Positions 1 through 13,295 of a DNA stretch of 64,000 nt are shown here, in pieces. The first letter of the stretch is position 1, and each line of letters begins with the position of its first letter. Where the stretch lies: contig JBHGNT010000011.1 in NCBI GenBank assembly GCA_043228905.1, forward strand, positions 17,546,001 to 17,610,000, in the 5' to 3' direction. A program made the translations under genes and the position numbers. The stretch comes from Azolla caroliniana. Its lineage: Eukaryota > Plantae > Polypodiophyta. The notes beneath the pieces are model-generated. The model ran no database searches. It saw nothing but the letters and a program-made list of their open reading frames with translations, and was not told where the DNA came from.

Positions 1-225
1 ACATAGGGACAACGGAAAAATTAACCTCTTGATTGCCAACTTATAAAACTAATAGCTTGAATGACTCCTGATTAACACAAAGTAAAAATTTGAAGGTACT
101 TTTGTAATTTTAAAACTCAAGGGGATATTTGGCTAATTTTAAAAAACCGGTGGTATCCTATTGAATCAATGTTGGTATCCAGAAAATATTTGGGGTAGAA
201 AATCTAGTCCAACTAAGCTACTCAC

Positions 226-1967
226 CTCCAAGTTTCCATGGATCTCTGATTTCAATCTATCAAGGAGATTCTGAGAATAAGGGGTTGAATATAATCGGCG
301 TAGTTCATGCCGTTGCACATATTTCTGTGTGCCAGAACTGTGATTATCTTCTTCTCATCACAGCCAAAACCTAATTCACCACTCCAGAAAATAAATAAGT
401 ACTCTTTGCAATAAGACATTGAGGTTTCTTTCACATAAGAAAGTCCTCATGTGAATGACATTTGTTTTTTGAAAGTTTTTCAGCACTTGGCCTAAAATTA
501 AATTTGCATTACATTCCTACTGATATTTTCTCATAATTTCCTGTTGTTTCAAATATGAAGAGAGAACTTGGTTAATTAGTAAAGAATCAACTATGGCGTG
601 CTTACTGTGTATTTTCGTCTAAGAATTATGTTCAAAAACATTCCTAAAATGTTTAAGGCGCTTATATCAACACAATCTCATCTTACTGTATTTTCCCCTC
701 TTTCTTGAATGTGATTTGATTTCAGAACTTTCTTGAACTATTTAGAGACTATTCAGCAACATATCATCTTTTATCTCTCCATTGAATGGTCATCAAAACG
801 TGATCTTTAATCTATTATAGATCAGAAAGTAATGCAGATGATCTGTTCTTTGTGCTTTAAACAAAGAAATTCAGCGCACACAGTAGTGTTGCCACGGTTT
901 CCATCAACAAAGAAAATCTAACCAATTTCTCTATAGGAACAAAACAGATTTCCCATAAATTTTTCTACAAGTTGAAACTTTACTGCTACACGTTCAAATC
1001 TAGATCTTCTATAATCGTTCTGATCAATTTCGATCTTGATTTCCTATGACTTAATTACAACAGCATGTCACCTTACCAACTTCAATGTAGGCTTCTTAAG
1101 CCATGAATTTGGCATAACAAAAATTCATTGTTACTGATCTCAGTCTAGATTTCCTTTTACTCTCTCCTACTATCTACGATCACCACTACCTATGCTTCAC
1201 TGATGCCGATTTCCATTCATAATTCTCACTAGCCATGCTTCACTGCTACCACTTTATATCGATAATATTCTCTCGTATGCATTCAAAAAATGAATTATTT
1301 TCTATACATTCACATTGAACAATCATCAGTCATTTATTGTTTCAAGTTGAATGTAGATCTTCTATATTGTTTCCTGTAATTTAAACAACTCTGGAATTGA
1401 AATTCTACCATGCTTCCATTTCAACCTAGAACTATAGTGACACTTACATCTGAAATAAAAAGTGTTGCTGATGAAATCTGAAACCTGTGTAAATATGATA
1501 AGAAAGGACCGCTCTTTTTACTGAGTTACCATTTTATTCTGCAATTTCTGCTAAAAGTTTTCTGGTTTTGATTCTGCGGACTACATTTTTGTTAAGACAT
1601 TGTTGGAAATGTAATGCACGAAAGCAGTGAGAAACGACCGGAGCATTCATGAGATTATGACGAGTTCCTGATGAAATCTGAAACCTGTGCAAATATGATG
1701 AGAAATGACTGCTCTTTTTACTGAGTTACCATTTCATTCTGAAATTTTGTTTTGATTCTGCGGCCTACATTTTTGGCAAGACAATGCCGGAAATGTAATA
1801 AACGAAAGCAGTGAGAAACGAACGAAGCATTCGGAGATTATGAGGAGGAGGAGGAGGAGGGGGGGGAGGAGAAGAACCTACCTTTTGAACGCTCGGTGGA
1901 GATCTGCACTGACTTGCATGGCGTTCGGCATGGCTCCTGAAGGAAGGATGATAGTGGACATACTCAT
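226..1967 (-). pseudogene. Annexin paralog, exons 1-2 (continues off the left edge); probable pseudogene
   Basis: Exon 1 (1882-1967) reads MSMSTIILPSGAMPNAMQVSADLHRAFK, then AG|GTAGG, one base longer than the phase-1 donor of the intact copy. Exon 2 (226-370, 145 nt versus 146 nt) reads GFGCDEKKIITVLAHRN, has a 1-nt deletion, then YVQRHELRRLYSTPYSQNLLDRLKSEIHGNLE|GTGAG. It aligns to 6236-6381 including flanking intron. Splicing as written meets a TGA within a few codons. Confidence 0.8.
1468..1841. repeat. About 200-bp direct tandem duplication in intron 1 of the annexin paralog
   Basis: CTGATGAAATCTGAAACCTGTG...GAGATTATGA starts at both 1468 and 1668. Confidence 0.85.
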
Positions 1968-2070
1968 ACAAAGAATGAAGAATGAGTGGATCGAAAAAGC
2001 AGAAGAAAGAACGTCGAAGGGGAATGAGAATTAAGAAGATGAAGATGCAAAAGAATGAGGAAGAGCGAAT

Positions 2071-2117
2071 GAAGAAGAAGAAGAAGAAGAAGAAGAAGAA
2101 GAAGAAGAAGAAGAAGA
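2071..2117. repeat. (GAA)n microsatellite
   Basis: Pure GAA run upstream of the annexin paralog ATG. Confidence 0.95.
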
Positions 2118-2629
2118 ATGGAGACCGAGTTCAGAGGTAGAGAGAAGGTAGAGGTGAAGCAGCAGCCTGCTTCCATGGCAGAATTTTCGATCATCATAAA
2201 AACAACAGACGAAGAATATATTACGACTCACGAGCACATGCTCATCTATATTTATCCACATAATTTTTTAACCTTCCGCAAACTTCCAATATTCAAATTA
2301 ATCAAGTTATGTTCTTTTGAGATTTTCGATAACTCAAAACAGAATGATTCCATAATGTTTTACTTTTTGAGTTCAACTTCTCAATTTGGTTATCAATGGC
2401 ATATTCAAAATTTAAAGCTAATTCATCACCCTCTTGCCTGGTGATTATTCTCTAATTTCTTAAATCTACTTGGATCAGATGGATATTAGGCGGATTAGTA
2501 TCTTGGAACTTCAACATTATGAGTTAATGTGTCTTATGAATGTAGTTAGGCATAATATCTATATGCTTCTTCTTAGGCCCATTTCCTCTATCTTTATCAC
2601 CTGAGTCCGTTTCTAACATTAGTGAATAT

Positions 2630-3040
2630 ACCCTTCAGATATGTTTTGTAAATATTAGTGTTGATACACACACACTCTCTCTCTCTTATCTTATCGTAAT
2701 TAGCTTACCCTAGTGGTAAGTTGTAAACACTACAACCACTACACACACACACACTCTCTCTCTCTCTCTCTCCCTTCAGTTATGTTTTGTAAATATTAGT
2801 GTCGATACACACACACTCTCTCTCTCTTATCTTATGATACACACACACTCTCTCTCTCTTATCTTATCGTAATTAGCTTACCTATCTTATGATACACACA
2901 CACTCTCTCTCTCTTATCTTATCGTAATTAGCTTACCCTAGTGGTAAGTTGTAAACACTACAACCACTACACACACACACACTCTCTCTCTAAATTAGCT
3001 TAGACCTTAGTGGTAAGTTGTAAACACTACAACCATTGGG
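2630..3040. repeat. Compound local repeats built around (AC)n(TC)n
   Basis: GATACACACACACTCTCTCTCTCTTATCTTAT occurs about 4 times. TAGTGGTAAGTTGTAAACACTACAACCA occurs 3 times. Confidence 0.85.
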
Positions 3041-3084
3041 TTCGAAACCCAATTTTCTCACCTCTCTATTATACTCCATAATTC

Positions 3085-3574
3085 ACTAGATGCCATTGTG
3101 GAATGTAAGGGTTGAACCCAGGTTCGAAACCCAATTTTCTCACCTCTCTATTATATACTCCATAATTCACTAGATGCCATTGTGGAATGTAAGGGTTGAA
3201 CCCATGACCACCTGGTCTCCATTGCTCTTTCATATATATCTCTTAATTCAATAGATGGCACTATGGAATGTAGGGGTTGAACCCATGACAACCACCTAGT
3301 CTCCATTGGGCAAGCTTACCAACTGAGCTATTATACACACTCTCTCTCACTCATATATATCTCTTAATTCACGAAATGCCCATAACAACCACCTAGTGTC
3401 CATTGGGCAAGCTAACCAATTGAGCTATTATACACACACTCTCTCACTCATTACCAATTGAGCTATTACACACACCCACACACACTCTCTCTTAATTCAC
3501 AGATGCCACTACAGAATGTAGGTGTTGACCCGTGATCACATGGTCTCCATTGAGCAACCTTACCAACTGAGCTA
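3085..3574 (-). mobile_element. Cluster of tRNA-derived SINE-like heads
   Basis: The minus strand of 3251-3330 and 3501-3574 reads TAGCTCAGTTGGTAAG (A-box), then CAATGGAGAC, then GGTTCAACCC or a variant (B-box). Partial copies lie near 3087, 3171 and 3375. There is no closed acceptor stem. Confidence 0.65.
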
Positions 3575-3601
3575 CATCCATCTGAGCTCTCTCTCTCTCT
3601 C

Positions 3602-3758
3602 TTGGTGAAAACACACAATTATAATAATAAATGTGTGTAAAAACACTACTTACAATGGGTGTGACAATGGAGTATGGTCACCCACTAACTACACTACATG
3701 GGTAGTGGAACGTGTTGAATTGCCAATAGGCAAGACAAACACTCCACTGAGGAAAGAA
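3602..3758. repeat. Dispersed repeat shared with 52807-52941
   Basis: TTGGTGAAAA...TAAATGTGTGT...GTTGAAT...CAAGACAAACACTCCACTGAGGAAAGAAT is present at both sites, each directly after a CT/CA microsatellite. Confidence 0.75.
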
Positions 3759-4491
3759 TAAGCTCTCAAATATATTGCTGAAATTATGGGAGAGCTTGTT
3801 GGCAGTAGTGCGTGTGCAATATGGCAATATGTCGGGCTCTTTGGAGGTTGTTCTTAAGAAAACGAAAAAATTACTGCAGCTATGGAGAAAGTTGCCTCTA
3901 TTCACGGTCTCCTCTCAAGAACCAATCTGGAAATATCATCACCCCTGGCCCTTGCCCTAATCATCCTTTTTGTATATAACACTCTAATTGTACATTTTGT
4001 AGCCTTCCGACGTTTTTTCTTAATACTAATGAAGGAAATCTTTATGGAAAAAAAAATAAAAAAATACATTGAATGTCAAGAGAGATAGATTCCATCGAGT
4101 TTAAGAGATGTGAATTCAACTTCTCAAATTGATTATCAATGGCACATAATTATGAAACTCAGCTTGTAGAATCCATTACGTTTAAGAGATATAAGGAATT
4201 GAACATGTCAATTTGATTATCAATGGCATATAATATAACATATTTCAACTTGTAAATTTTGCTTTTGTAACTCGAGATTATTTTGATTAATCTACTTATC
4301 AAGTATCAGCTTTGAAATTTATACCACCATCCATACACAGTTGGATATTATGGACTTTGATTTGAACAAACAAATTCGTAGATTAATAACCAAATTGTCT
4401 TCAGAATACATACATATATGGGCTAAAGAATGTTTATCGCCCTATATTATTCACAACACACAACAGAATTTTATCTAGAACACATACACAT

Positions 4492-6834
4492 TCAATGGTG
4501 GCCTGCACGAACAAGCGCAAGAAGAAACCTCTTGTAGCTACCAGAGGTATCAGATGATACCATATCTTCTAAATTTTCATTGTACAGACGCTGGAACTCC
4601 ATCTTAATAGCTTGCAAATCTATTTCCGCTCTTGTCACAATCACGCGAATCAATGCATCATCATTGGTTCCAATCCCTTTCATGGACCAGTATAGCATCT
4701 GCAAAACATTTAACCCAGCCGCCCTTTCCTTTAGTAACCATCAATTTCATGTGGAGAAAGATCAATAGGCCAAAAGAAAGCCCTCTCAGAAATCACAAAT
4801 ACAATGTGCTCAAGTATGCAGGCATAAATTAACGTCCAAATCTCACCTCTGCAAAGTACTTGGTTGGATTATGTACACACTGAATTATTGTCTTCAATAC
4901 CTTGGAGAAATTTCCAGATGTTTCAGATTCCATGACCTAGAATAAGACAAGACATTACATGCAAATTAGCACAATGTGATGATACACCATCGCGTATCTG
5001 CCAATAGATGCTTAGGATCGTAGTTAAGGATCGCAAGGGTTATTTGTATAATGAGGTTATAAGCATCCTAAAACCGTTAATAATTACTAACTTTTTATAA
5101 GGGCACCAACAAAACCCTAACGAGAAATACGATGAAGAATGCATGAATGTCCGAACCTTTTCAATATCCTCATGGTAGCTCTCCCAGTATCTACGGAATG
5201 CAGCATTCAATTGTCTCGCAGTTCGAGAGCTGAAGACATGAATTATGTCAGCCTCGTCGGTACCGATCCTGCCTTCAGTGGCTTTATAGAGCAACCTGGC
5301 ATCGTCGAGCGCCTGGGACTCATCATCGAAAGGAGTTTCTTGCCTAGGGTTAGTCATGTATGCCATCAGAAGCTGCAACAAACACATAATACATTATCAG
5401 AGAAAAGAAACTTGTCAGTGCTCTGGAGTCATCCAGCATTTCAGCTTTCATTCTTTCCAACCGTTGATTCTTCTAAAGGAGGATAAAAATCAGACAAATT
5501 TATTTGACCATATCATGATATCGAAACCATAAAGAGCAGGGAGACTGAATTGGAGTTAAGATGCTTAGGGTGAACATACCGTCCTATAGTCACCACTTGT
5601 ATCCGAAGCAATGTCCGCATGGAGGTTCCGCTTATATATTGAATTGTAGGCTCGCTGTATGGCTTCTAACTGTGATGTGGTGCGAGAGCAAATGATTTCG
5701 ATCAAGGCAATGTCCTTTGTACCCAATCCTTGGAGGGCATCCCTCAGTATGGCCGCATCTCTTTCGGCTGGTTCCAACATCCAAAGAACAACTGCTTTCT
5801 GTGTGTATAACCAACAATACAGGTCCAGATATAATAATGTCGAAATCGAGATATATGGCAGCATGGCAAAGATAACGTTTGATGGTTCGTTTCACCAATT
5901 TAAACTACCTCTAATATTTAAGTAGGGAAAATCAGCCACATATTTGGTTGTAGTTTGCAAGCTAGGTTTGCCCTTAATTAAGGATTGACATATAGATCAA
6001 CTGTAACTTATTCTCTAGCTAATTCGCCGGTAATTAGGGGCAGATTATGCAATCAATCTCCTAATTATAAAACTTATCATTTGAATTTGGTGCAAAATTG
6101 TTAAAACAGATTGGATAGCTAAGTAAATTTGAAGGGTAGTTCTGTTGATTTGAAAATCTGGGGCGGAGGGGGTTATAGTGGTAAACATGCAAAACGTTCG
6201 GGGAGGATTGATGGATGTTCAACCCAAATACGAACCTCAAATTTGGCGTGGAGCTCTGATTTCAATTTATCAATGAGATCGTCGCCATAACGTATCTTAT
6301 ACTCTCGGCGTAGTTCTTGCCGTTGCACATAATTCCTGTGTGCGAGAATCTCGATGACTTTCCTGTCATCGCAGCCCAAACCTAAAGCATCACCACAGAA
6401 GAAAAATCAGATCATTCTTTTGCAATACTAGCCGGGCCTCTGAAGTTTCTTTCACGTAAGAAATGGCTCTTTGAGTGTCTTTAATTTAGACTACTGTGTT
6501 GCCATTCCAACCTATACTTGTTGCTTTAAATGTTTTCTGGCATTTAAATCTCAAAATAAATAATTATTGATAACGACATCCGAAGCATAGGAACAAGTGG
6601 ACATGTCTGGCATTGTAAGGAATTTGGAGTTTCTGCTAAACATATTTTTCTGTTTTTCCTTTTGGCACAGACTACATTTCTGTTATGAACATATGGGAAA
6701 TCTAATATATCGGAAAACATTGAGAAATGAAATGAGTCGAACATTTGGGAGCTTTTGAGGACTGAGAAGGAGAAGAAGAAGCTACCTCTGAAAGCCTGGT
6801 GGAGATTGACACAGTCCTCTTGGATTCTTGACAT
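4492..6834 (-). CDS. Annexin (ANN5-like), 6 exons, 308 aa
   Basis: Exons 6786-6834, 6236-6381, 5580-5798, 5157-5372, 4847-4936 and 4492-4698. All introns are GT-AG and the total is 927 nt in frame. Four annexin repeats (GLGCDD, GLGTKD, GRIGTDE, GIGTND), LAHRN and IRVIVTRAEIDL motifs, and a typical plant annexin exon layout. Confidence 0.95.
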
Positions 6835-7142
6835 GGCTTCTCACGGAAGAATGATAATGAAAACAACAAACGAGAAGAAACGAAGATGGAAGAATGAAGA
6901 AGATCAAACTGCAGAAGAATGGAGGTGAGGAGAATGCAGAAGAAGAAGAAGGAGTGAGGCACAGTTTGAAAGGTGAAATTGATGAGAAACTGGAGGTTCC
7001 ATGGCGGATATTTATACCATGGAAAAGTAAGTGTGTGTGTATTGAGAGATAAAGAGAGACAGAGACAGAGTTATGGCATCGCCATCGCCACTGAATGAAG
7101 CAGACGAAATCATTTTTGTCGGAAGCGATCATGACTAAAGTA

Positions 7143-7358
7143 TTGACTTTAGGAGTTGGGAGGCGAAGAGCAAGTGGAGCTGCCATGGGTGTGTGTGTGT
7201 GTGAGAGAGAGACAGAGACAGAGACAGAGACAGAGAGCGAGTCAAGGCATGAGCGTGGTCATGATGTGATGACATGGTCATTGAATAAAACAAAGTGTTT
7301 GACTTTTGGATCTAAGATAAGGACCTGAGGCTTTACTGTGTAAAGTCAAGAAAGTCAA
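7143..7358. promoter_or_regulatory. W-box cluster upstream of the annexin gene
   Basis: TTGACT or AGTCAA at 7143, 7240, 7299, 7344 and 7353, plus one at 7579. Motif match only. Confidence 0.4.
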
Positions 7359-7367
7359 GCCACTTAC

Positions 7368-7404
<37 letters not shown>

Positions 7405-9685
7405 AAGATCGAGACTCCCTACTACCTTCACACGTTGACGAGGAAATTGTGAGCTTTTTACTCGGACCTTGCTCCTCATTATCCACGGCTAGCTTTTCTT
7501 TCCCCATCTTTTTCTCTACTTTTGTCTACTTTCGAAAACCTCTTCTAACTTTTTTTATCTTTTCATTTATTACTATAGTTGACTTAAGAAAATTAGTTTA
7601 TTTAGACCACTATTTTCTTTTCTTTTGAGGGTGGTTTCCCACTATGTGTCACGTGAAATGTAATATTTTTGGTCTCATCGGTCATATTTTACCTCCGAAG
7701 ACGATAATATAATCTATCTATCTACTTCCTCTTCTCTTCTCACGGTGATGGGACCTGCCCCCCACCTTCAATCCACTACATAATCTGAATGTATGTCATG
7801 TATGATATGCATGTAATGTATGTATGCTATGTGTGACAGTGTCAGTACCATGTGTTCAGCAAAGAGAAAAGACTTGAAGGAAAGTTGGGGGGGGTTCTAT
7901 TTCTTATCGCTAATCATACGATGATACAAACCATCTCATTGACACGTTCTTGTCCGTTGTATCAAAGCCAACTTTTTACATCTCCGCCATTCCACCTACA
8001 TCTCGTTCGACTCACCCATTTGACTTGCACTTATGGCTATCGGCCAACGTACACCTAGTCATCCTTCGAATCTTCTATTCTGGATATCTTTTCTTTTTCT
8101 CTTTTAAAAAAGAAAATTTAAAGATACGACTTGGTATTATAAAATCACAAGAAAGAGGTACAATTTTTGCGTTGGAGAAACGGAGATAACATCCGATTCC
8201 CTTAGACCCACATCATGGCCCACCCAAGATTACTATATCATATTTGCCAATTGCGGTGTGTATATACATTAGCCGTTACATATTTGTATACCATATCTCC
8301 AAGATTACTATGCTCTACTCCTCCCGAGCTGCAAATGATCACGACGTGTTCCCGAAATCTTATCTTTTGAGCAAGTCCCAACTCCAAGGATTGTTGAGAT
8401 GTCGAGCTCAACGATGTAGTCAAACCGATGCTACAATCTAGCATTGACTTAGCGATTCCTAGGACCTATATGACCTAGTATTAATGATAAATATATTTAT
8501 CACTCTCACATTCTTTACAAGATTGATCTTACCTTTTATGTGTTCGTAAATATAAAGGTTCTTTATAGACCAAGTCTCGTATTTAATCTAAACCCCAGGC
8601 CCCCACACTCTTGAGTGTGATGTTGATTTTGCTATTGTAATTTGTAAATCTTCCCCCAATTTCACCTAATAGATTCTATCGTGTTTGGTGTCTAATTCTC
8701 TCTCGTTAACACAAATACATACACACCCATCTTACATCTTACATAATTGATTCATTCCTCTACATAGAATTATATGTTTAGCTCTTTACAAAATCAAGAT
8801 ACAAAGAGGCTCTGGAAGATTTTTCACATGAGCTTCAATAAGAAGTTTCAATCAATTGGGCTCTTTGGTAGGAACCATGACTATGATTTATGAAGTTTCA
8901 ATCAATCAACAGTTTTTCATAGCTTTAAATGAGCAAGAGCATTGATAGGAATATCCACATGTATAATAAACTTGTGTTTGAAATGGACATTTAATTCAAA
9001 TGATTGAAAATGGATCATAACAATCATCAAGCTACCTTTTCATATTTGACTTATTATGGTGTTGATTTTATGCATAACAAAAGTACATGTTCAGAAGTCA
9101 AGCATAAACACACTTTGTATGTTAGTGAACACACTCATTGAAAAACATGTGTCAAAGATTAAATTCCACCTATGTATTGTCTATACTAGACCATATCATA
9201 CTCATTCTACCACCATTACATGCTGGTTTATAATTCTATGAGAGTACATACGAAAGGTAGCATATACACCAATCATTTTGCATGTACCTATCGTTGATTC
9301 AATGTCGTTTGTTCAACAACAAGATCAACCATAAACTTTGTGTGTGATCACACTTGTTAGAGAACATGTATCAAAGTTTACGTTTGTAGTTATTAATGTA
9401 TGCGATTATGTTTTGAACAAAGTGAGCAATTTATGATATTCCATTCACTCATCCATCACGTCTGATTGGTTTAAAATGTACTACTTAGTTCGTCACATGG
9501 CATTAAAACGTGGGTATTTATCTTTGTCATAGCCTATCTACCTGCTTATGCTTTGTTGATTTGAAGTGGTTCATGTGAGAATGAACCTACGTGCATCAAT
9601 ATGCTCAAATGTCAATGGTGTAGAAAATCAATACACCTCCCACATGGAAGAAGTCCACAATCATCTCATGTGTTGAGAATGAACA

Positions 9686-10060
9686 TTGGTAAGTTGCTCA
9701 CATGCGACAGATTATACCACAAAAATAACGTTTACGCACAAGCACATTACGGAATACGAGGTTAGATTAAACCACACTACTCCAGGACATTCCTATGACT
9801 TGTCTACTCTTAGTAACCTATTCTTGGTGACGTGTACTCAAATTACTTGAAACACACAAATATGTAGATCGAATGAAGATTGGTAAGTTCCTAACAAATG
9901 AAGGATTATTCCACAAAATTAACTTTTACACACAAGCACATTACGAGGACTAAGGTTAGATAGAACCACACTACTCGAGGCCATTCCTATCACTTGCCTA
10001 CTCTTAGTGACCTATTCTTGGTGACATGTAGTCAAATTACTTGAAACACACAAATATGTA
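9686..10060. repeat. About 194-bp diverged tandem duplication
   Basis: TTGGTAAGTT...CACAAGCACATTACG...AAATTACTTGAAACACACAAATATGTA occurs twice. Confidence 0.85.
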
Positions 10061-11431
10061 ACTCTATCTTATTGTTATTTTACAAGGGCTTCCCTGTCAT
10101 CGTGCTACTCTTAACATTCTTCCTTTAGGACGATGAGGCAACTTCAAGAAGCATTCTACTCTAAATGTTGGTGCTTCAAGTCCATTTTTTGACGGCCTCT
10201 TTTGTACATACCATGCTCGCTTCAACATTACAAGTCCAATGCATATGAGGCAACTTAGTGCATTAGGAAGTTTCTTGATATGGAAAAGGAAAAGACGTGA
10301 TGAAAAGCCAATTATTAGTGAGACCTACATTATATCATAGATTTATTTTTTCAATCAAGTGGTAGGCGAGCTTCTTAATCCAAGAATAATCTCTTTTTTA
10401 TATGAAGAAGAGCATTTGACCAAGATTGGCAAGCTTTCATGATTTTGTTTTTGTTTCCTCTTCAAAGCATCAAAGATATATCAAAGCTTCAAAGTCAATC
10501 TTTCATATCATTAGAAGTCACCCAAATTATAGTAATTAAAATTAATCAAAATGTTAATGCATCCTTAACTACTTTATTTACAACACTATCAATTACACAG
10601 TACAAAGCCATTTACATTATTAGTTATATACATTCACTTATGTAATAGGACAACGTAGGATAATTTGTGCTAATGTAATCAATTAAAGAGTCTAGAATTA
10701 AATATACATGCCCACGAATTGCATTTCTCTTAATTGCATTTTGTAAAAGCTAGTATATTTAAAAAAAATATTACCATATGATTTAGGCATTTGATGTTTT
10801 AGATTCCGAAATACCCCCAAACGACCCGAAGTATTATTTCTTCGAATCGCCATACTCGACATTATGTAATCGAATGAAATGTAATAGGGGCTAACAATAT
10901 GTCAACAAGTAAGAAGACAACATTTTTATTATTTGTTAAGATGCAATAAATCAGTTTTGTAAGATTTTTCCATTGTGAACACTCATGCGAGAGAAGCCTC
11001 GGAATTGAACATTAAATATTCTTGGCAAGAAATTTTCATCATGTCGCAGGTTTAATGTTGATGGTTGTTACAATGAAATGATCAAAATGGTGGTGAAAAT
11101 GGTAAGGGGTCTATTGAAGCCATAAACTTGGAAGAGAAGCTTTTGAAGCTATAATCATGTACACTAATGATGTCATAATATACTGTGGAAAAAGAAAGAG
11201 TTGGAACAATTAAATGTTTTCACTCAACCAGGCTTATTTTTATAGAACATTATGATAACTAAAGAATTGTTTAGTGAAACAATTATGCTAAAACTATATG
11301 GAAAAGCCATGCTTTGTAATTTCAAAACCCTTGGTAAAGACCACAAATTAAAAACAAAGCATTAATAAAGCTAGATCACTAGGTAATCTCAAATATAAAG
11401 TCACTTCCTTTTATTGGTCATGTGAAGATTA

Positions 11432-13255
11432 TTAGATGCATTGCTCTATCAAGTAATCCCCAAGTTTCTCCACCACAATATTACATTCACCGGGTTGAAC
11501 TCCCTGATCGTATATGCCTATTATAAGGGCAGTGTTTGTTCTCTTTACAGTCAAGCCTCCATGCCCCTAATTTTGTAAAACAAAAAGGAATCATACACAA
11601 GAAGTTGTCAAATAGTTTTATGACAACATACAACAAATCATATTGGTAAATTCAACATGTTATATCAAGCGTTTTTTGCATCAACATAAACAATCTCAAT
11701 TACATCAAAACTTAGTCATAAAGAAGTGTCATTAGAGGGATATGCTCATGCACATACCTTTTTGCCTCGAATAACTTGGCCAAGTTCACCTTGGATGAGC
11801 ATATATTTGGTTCCTCCTACTATAATTCCATGTTGAGCAAGTTCGCTTATATCAGTGTAACCTTTTACTATGTTTTCGATCTCCTCAAAAGTTACCTATA
11901 AATTCATTACAATATGACTCAACATTATCAAATCCCATAAAGTTAGCACCCTCACATTGATGTTTATAAATCAACTATTTCCAAGCTACCTATTCCATTA
12001 TTACGCAGAGTTGTATACAACAACATATTTTTGTTAAATCCATTTTTTCCACGTGTTCCAATTTGTTAACGTACTTTGCTACAATTCGATAAGTTTCACT
12101 TGGGTGAGTCGGTTATAATAGCTTGGCACTTACGAGCTTGTGAATCTTGCATTCCGTTGCCATCTACGATGAAAGGATTAGTATGATATACGAGATAAAG
12201 AGAGAATTAGTAAATGAGGGAAGCCATTAGGAGGAGAAAGAATGATCTAATCGGTATATGATGGAAATTATCACATAGATAGTGAGGCTCGTGTTCACAA
12301 TAAACAGACCTTTAGAACGAAATTTCAAAGACATATTTTTGGAGAAGACATGTAGAGCCCTAAAGAGAATCATTGTCATGCACTACCTAAGTCCAAACCC
12401 AATAAAAAAAACAAAACAAAACTAGCACCTTCATATTCTCTACTGTACATTTTTACTAACAATTTATTACATTAAGAATGAGATAATATGTTACTCTTGA
12501 ATGAAGATTGCGATGTAATGCTCCGTTAGGGAGGAACATCATATTTGATTTGATACTAGAGAGAGTTAGAATTAGAACTTTTGTCGTCCATAAAGAGGCC
12601 AGTTTGGACCTATGGAACCAGAGTATACATGTGTTCTTGATATGTGTCTCCTTCCTAAGAAGGGGTATTCATACATTAAAGCACAAAGTCTCTATGCGTG
12701 AATAAAGCATACACATAGATCCAATTATAGTGAAATAATATATAAACTCGAATTGTTGTGATACCACACAAGCATTTGTATGTAGATTTGAACTTGGAAA
12801 TTATGTGAAGGGGGCTATATTCAAACTAAGTGTTACCTTTCATTACACAATCATGTGATGGAATAACAATTCCATGAGATCTCATGCTCATTGCACCAAG
12901 TCTCGATGTGATGTTATGGCATTCATTCAAGTGTGTGATGAGAATTGTGGGTATTGTTTGTATGGTGTGGCCTAATTCATGCCGAGGGATGTTGGTAAGA
13001 TGTATCCTATTGGTGAAGGCCCACAATTGTGCGCTTTAAGGTTTTGTGGCACCTGTTGATGTGTTTTGATGAGAGCTCAAGAGTTAAGTGTATATATTGT
13101 TATAAGAAATAGATAGAACACATAGATCCATCGATGCATGTATTAAATGATGGCTTCAATTGCGTACATTTATGATTAGATGGAGACTTGCAATGAATAG
13201 AGAAGTTTCGACTAGTGCCAAAGCAAGGAACTTGGGTTATCTCAAATTTCAATCC

Positions 13256-13295
<40 letters not shown>

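Noticed and set aside
226-1967. Compensating +1/-1 frameshifts rescuing the annexin paralog
   Set aside because: The shifted frame reads AGG TTT TGG CTG TGA and stops before reaching the -1 site.
1765-2444. Poly-Pro, poly-Leu, poly-Ser and poly-Arg ORFs
   Set aside because: These are artefacts of GGA and GAA repeats overlapping annexin exon 1 and its UTR.
3251-3574. tRNA genes
   Set aside because: A-box and B-box motifs are present, but there is no acceptor stem or clean anticodon arm. Treated as SINE-like.
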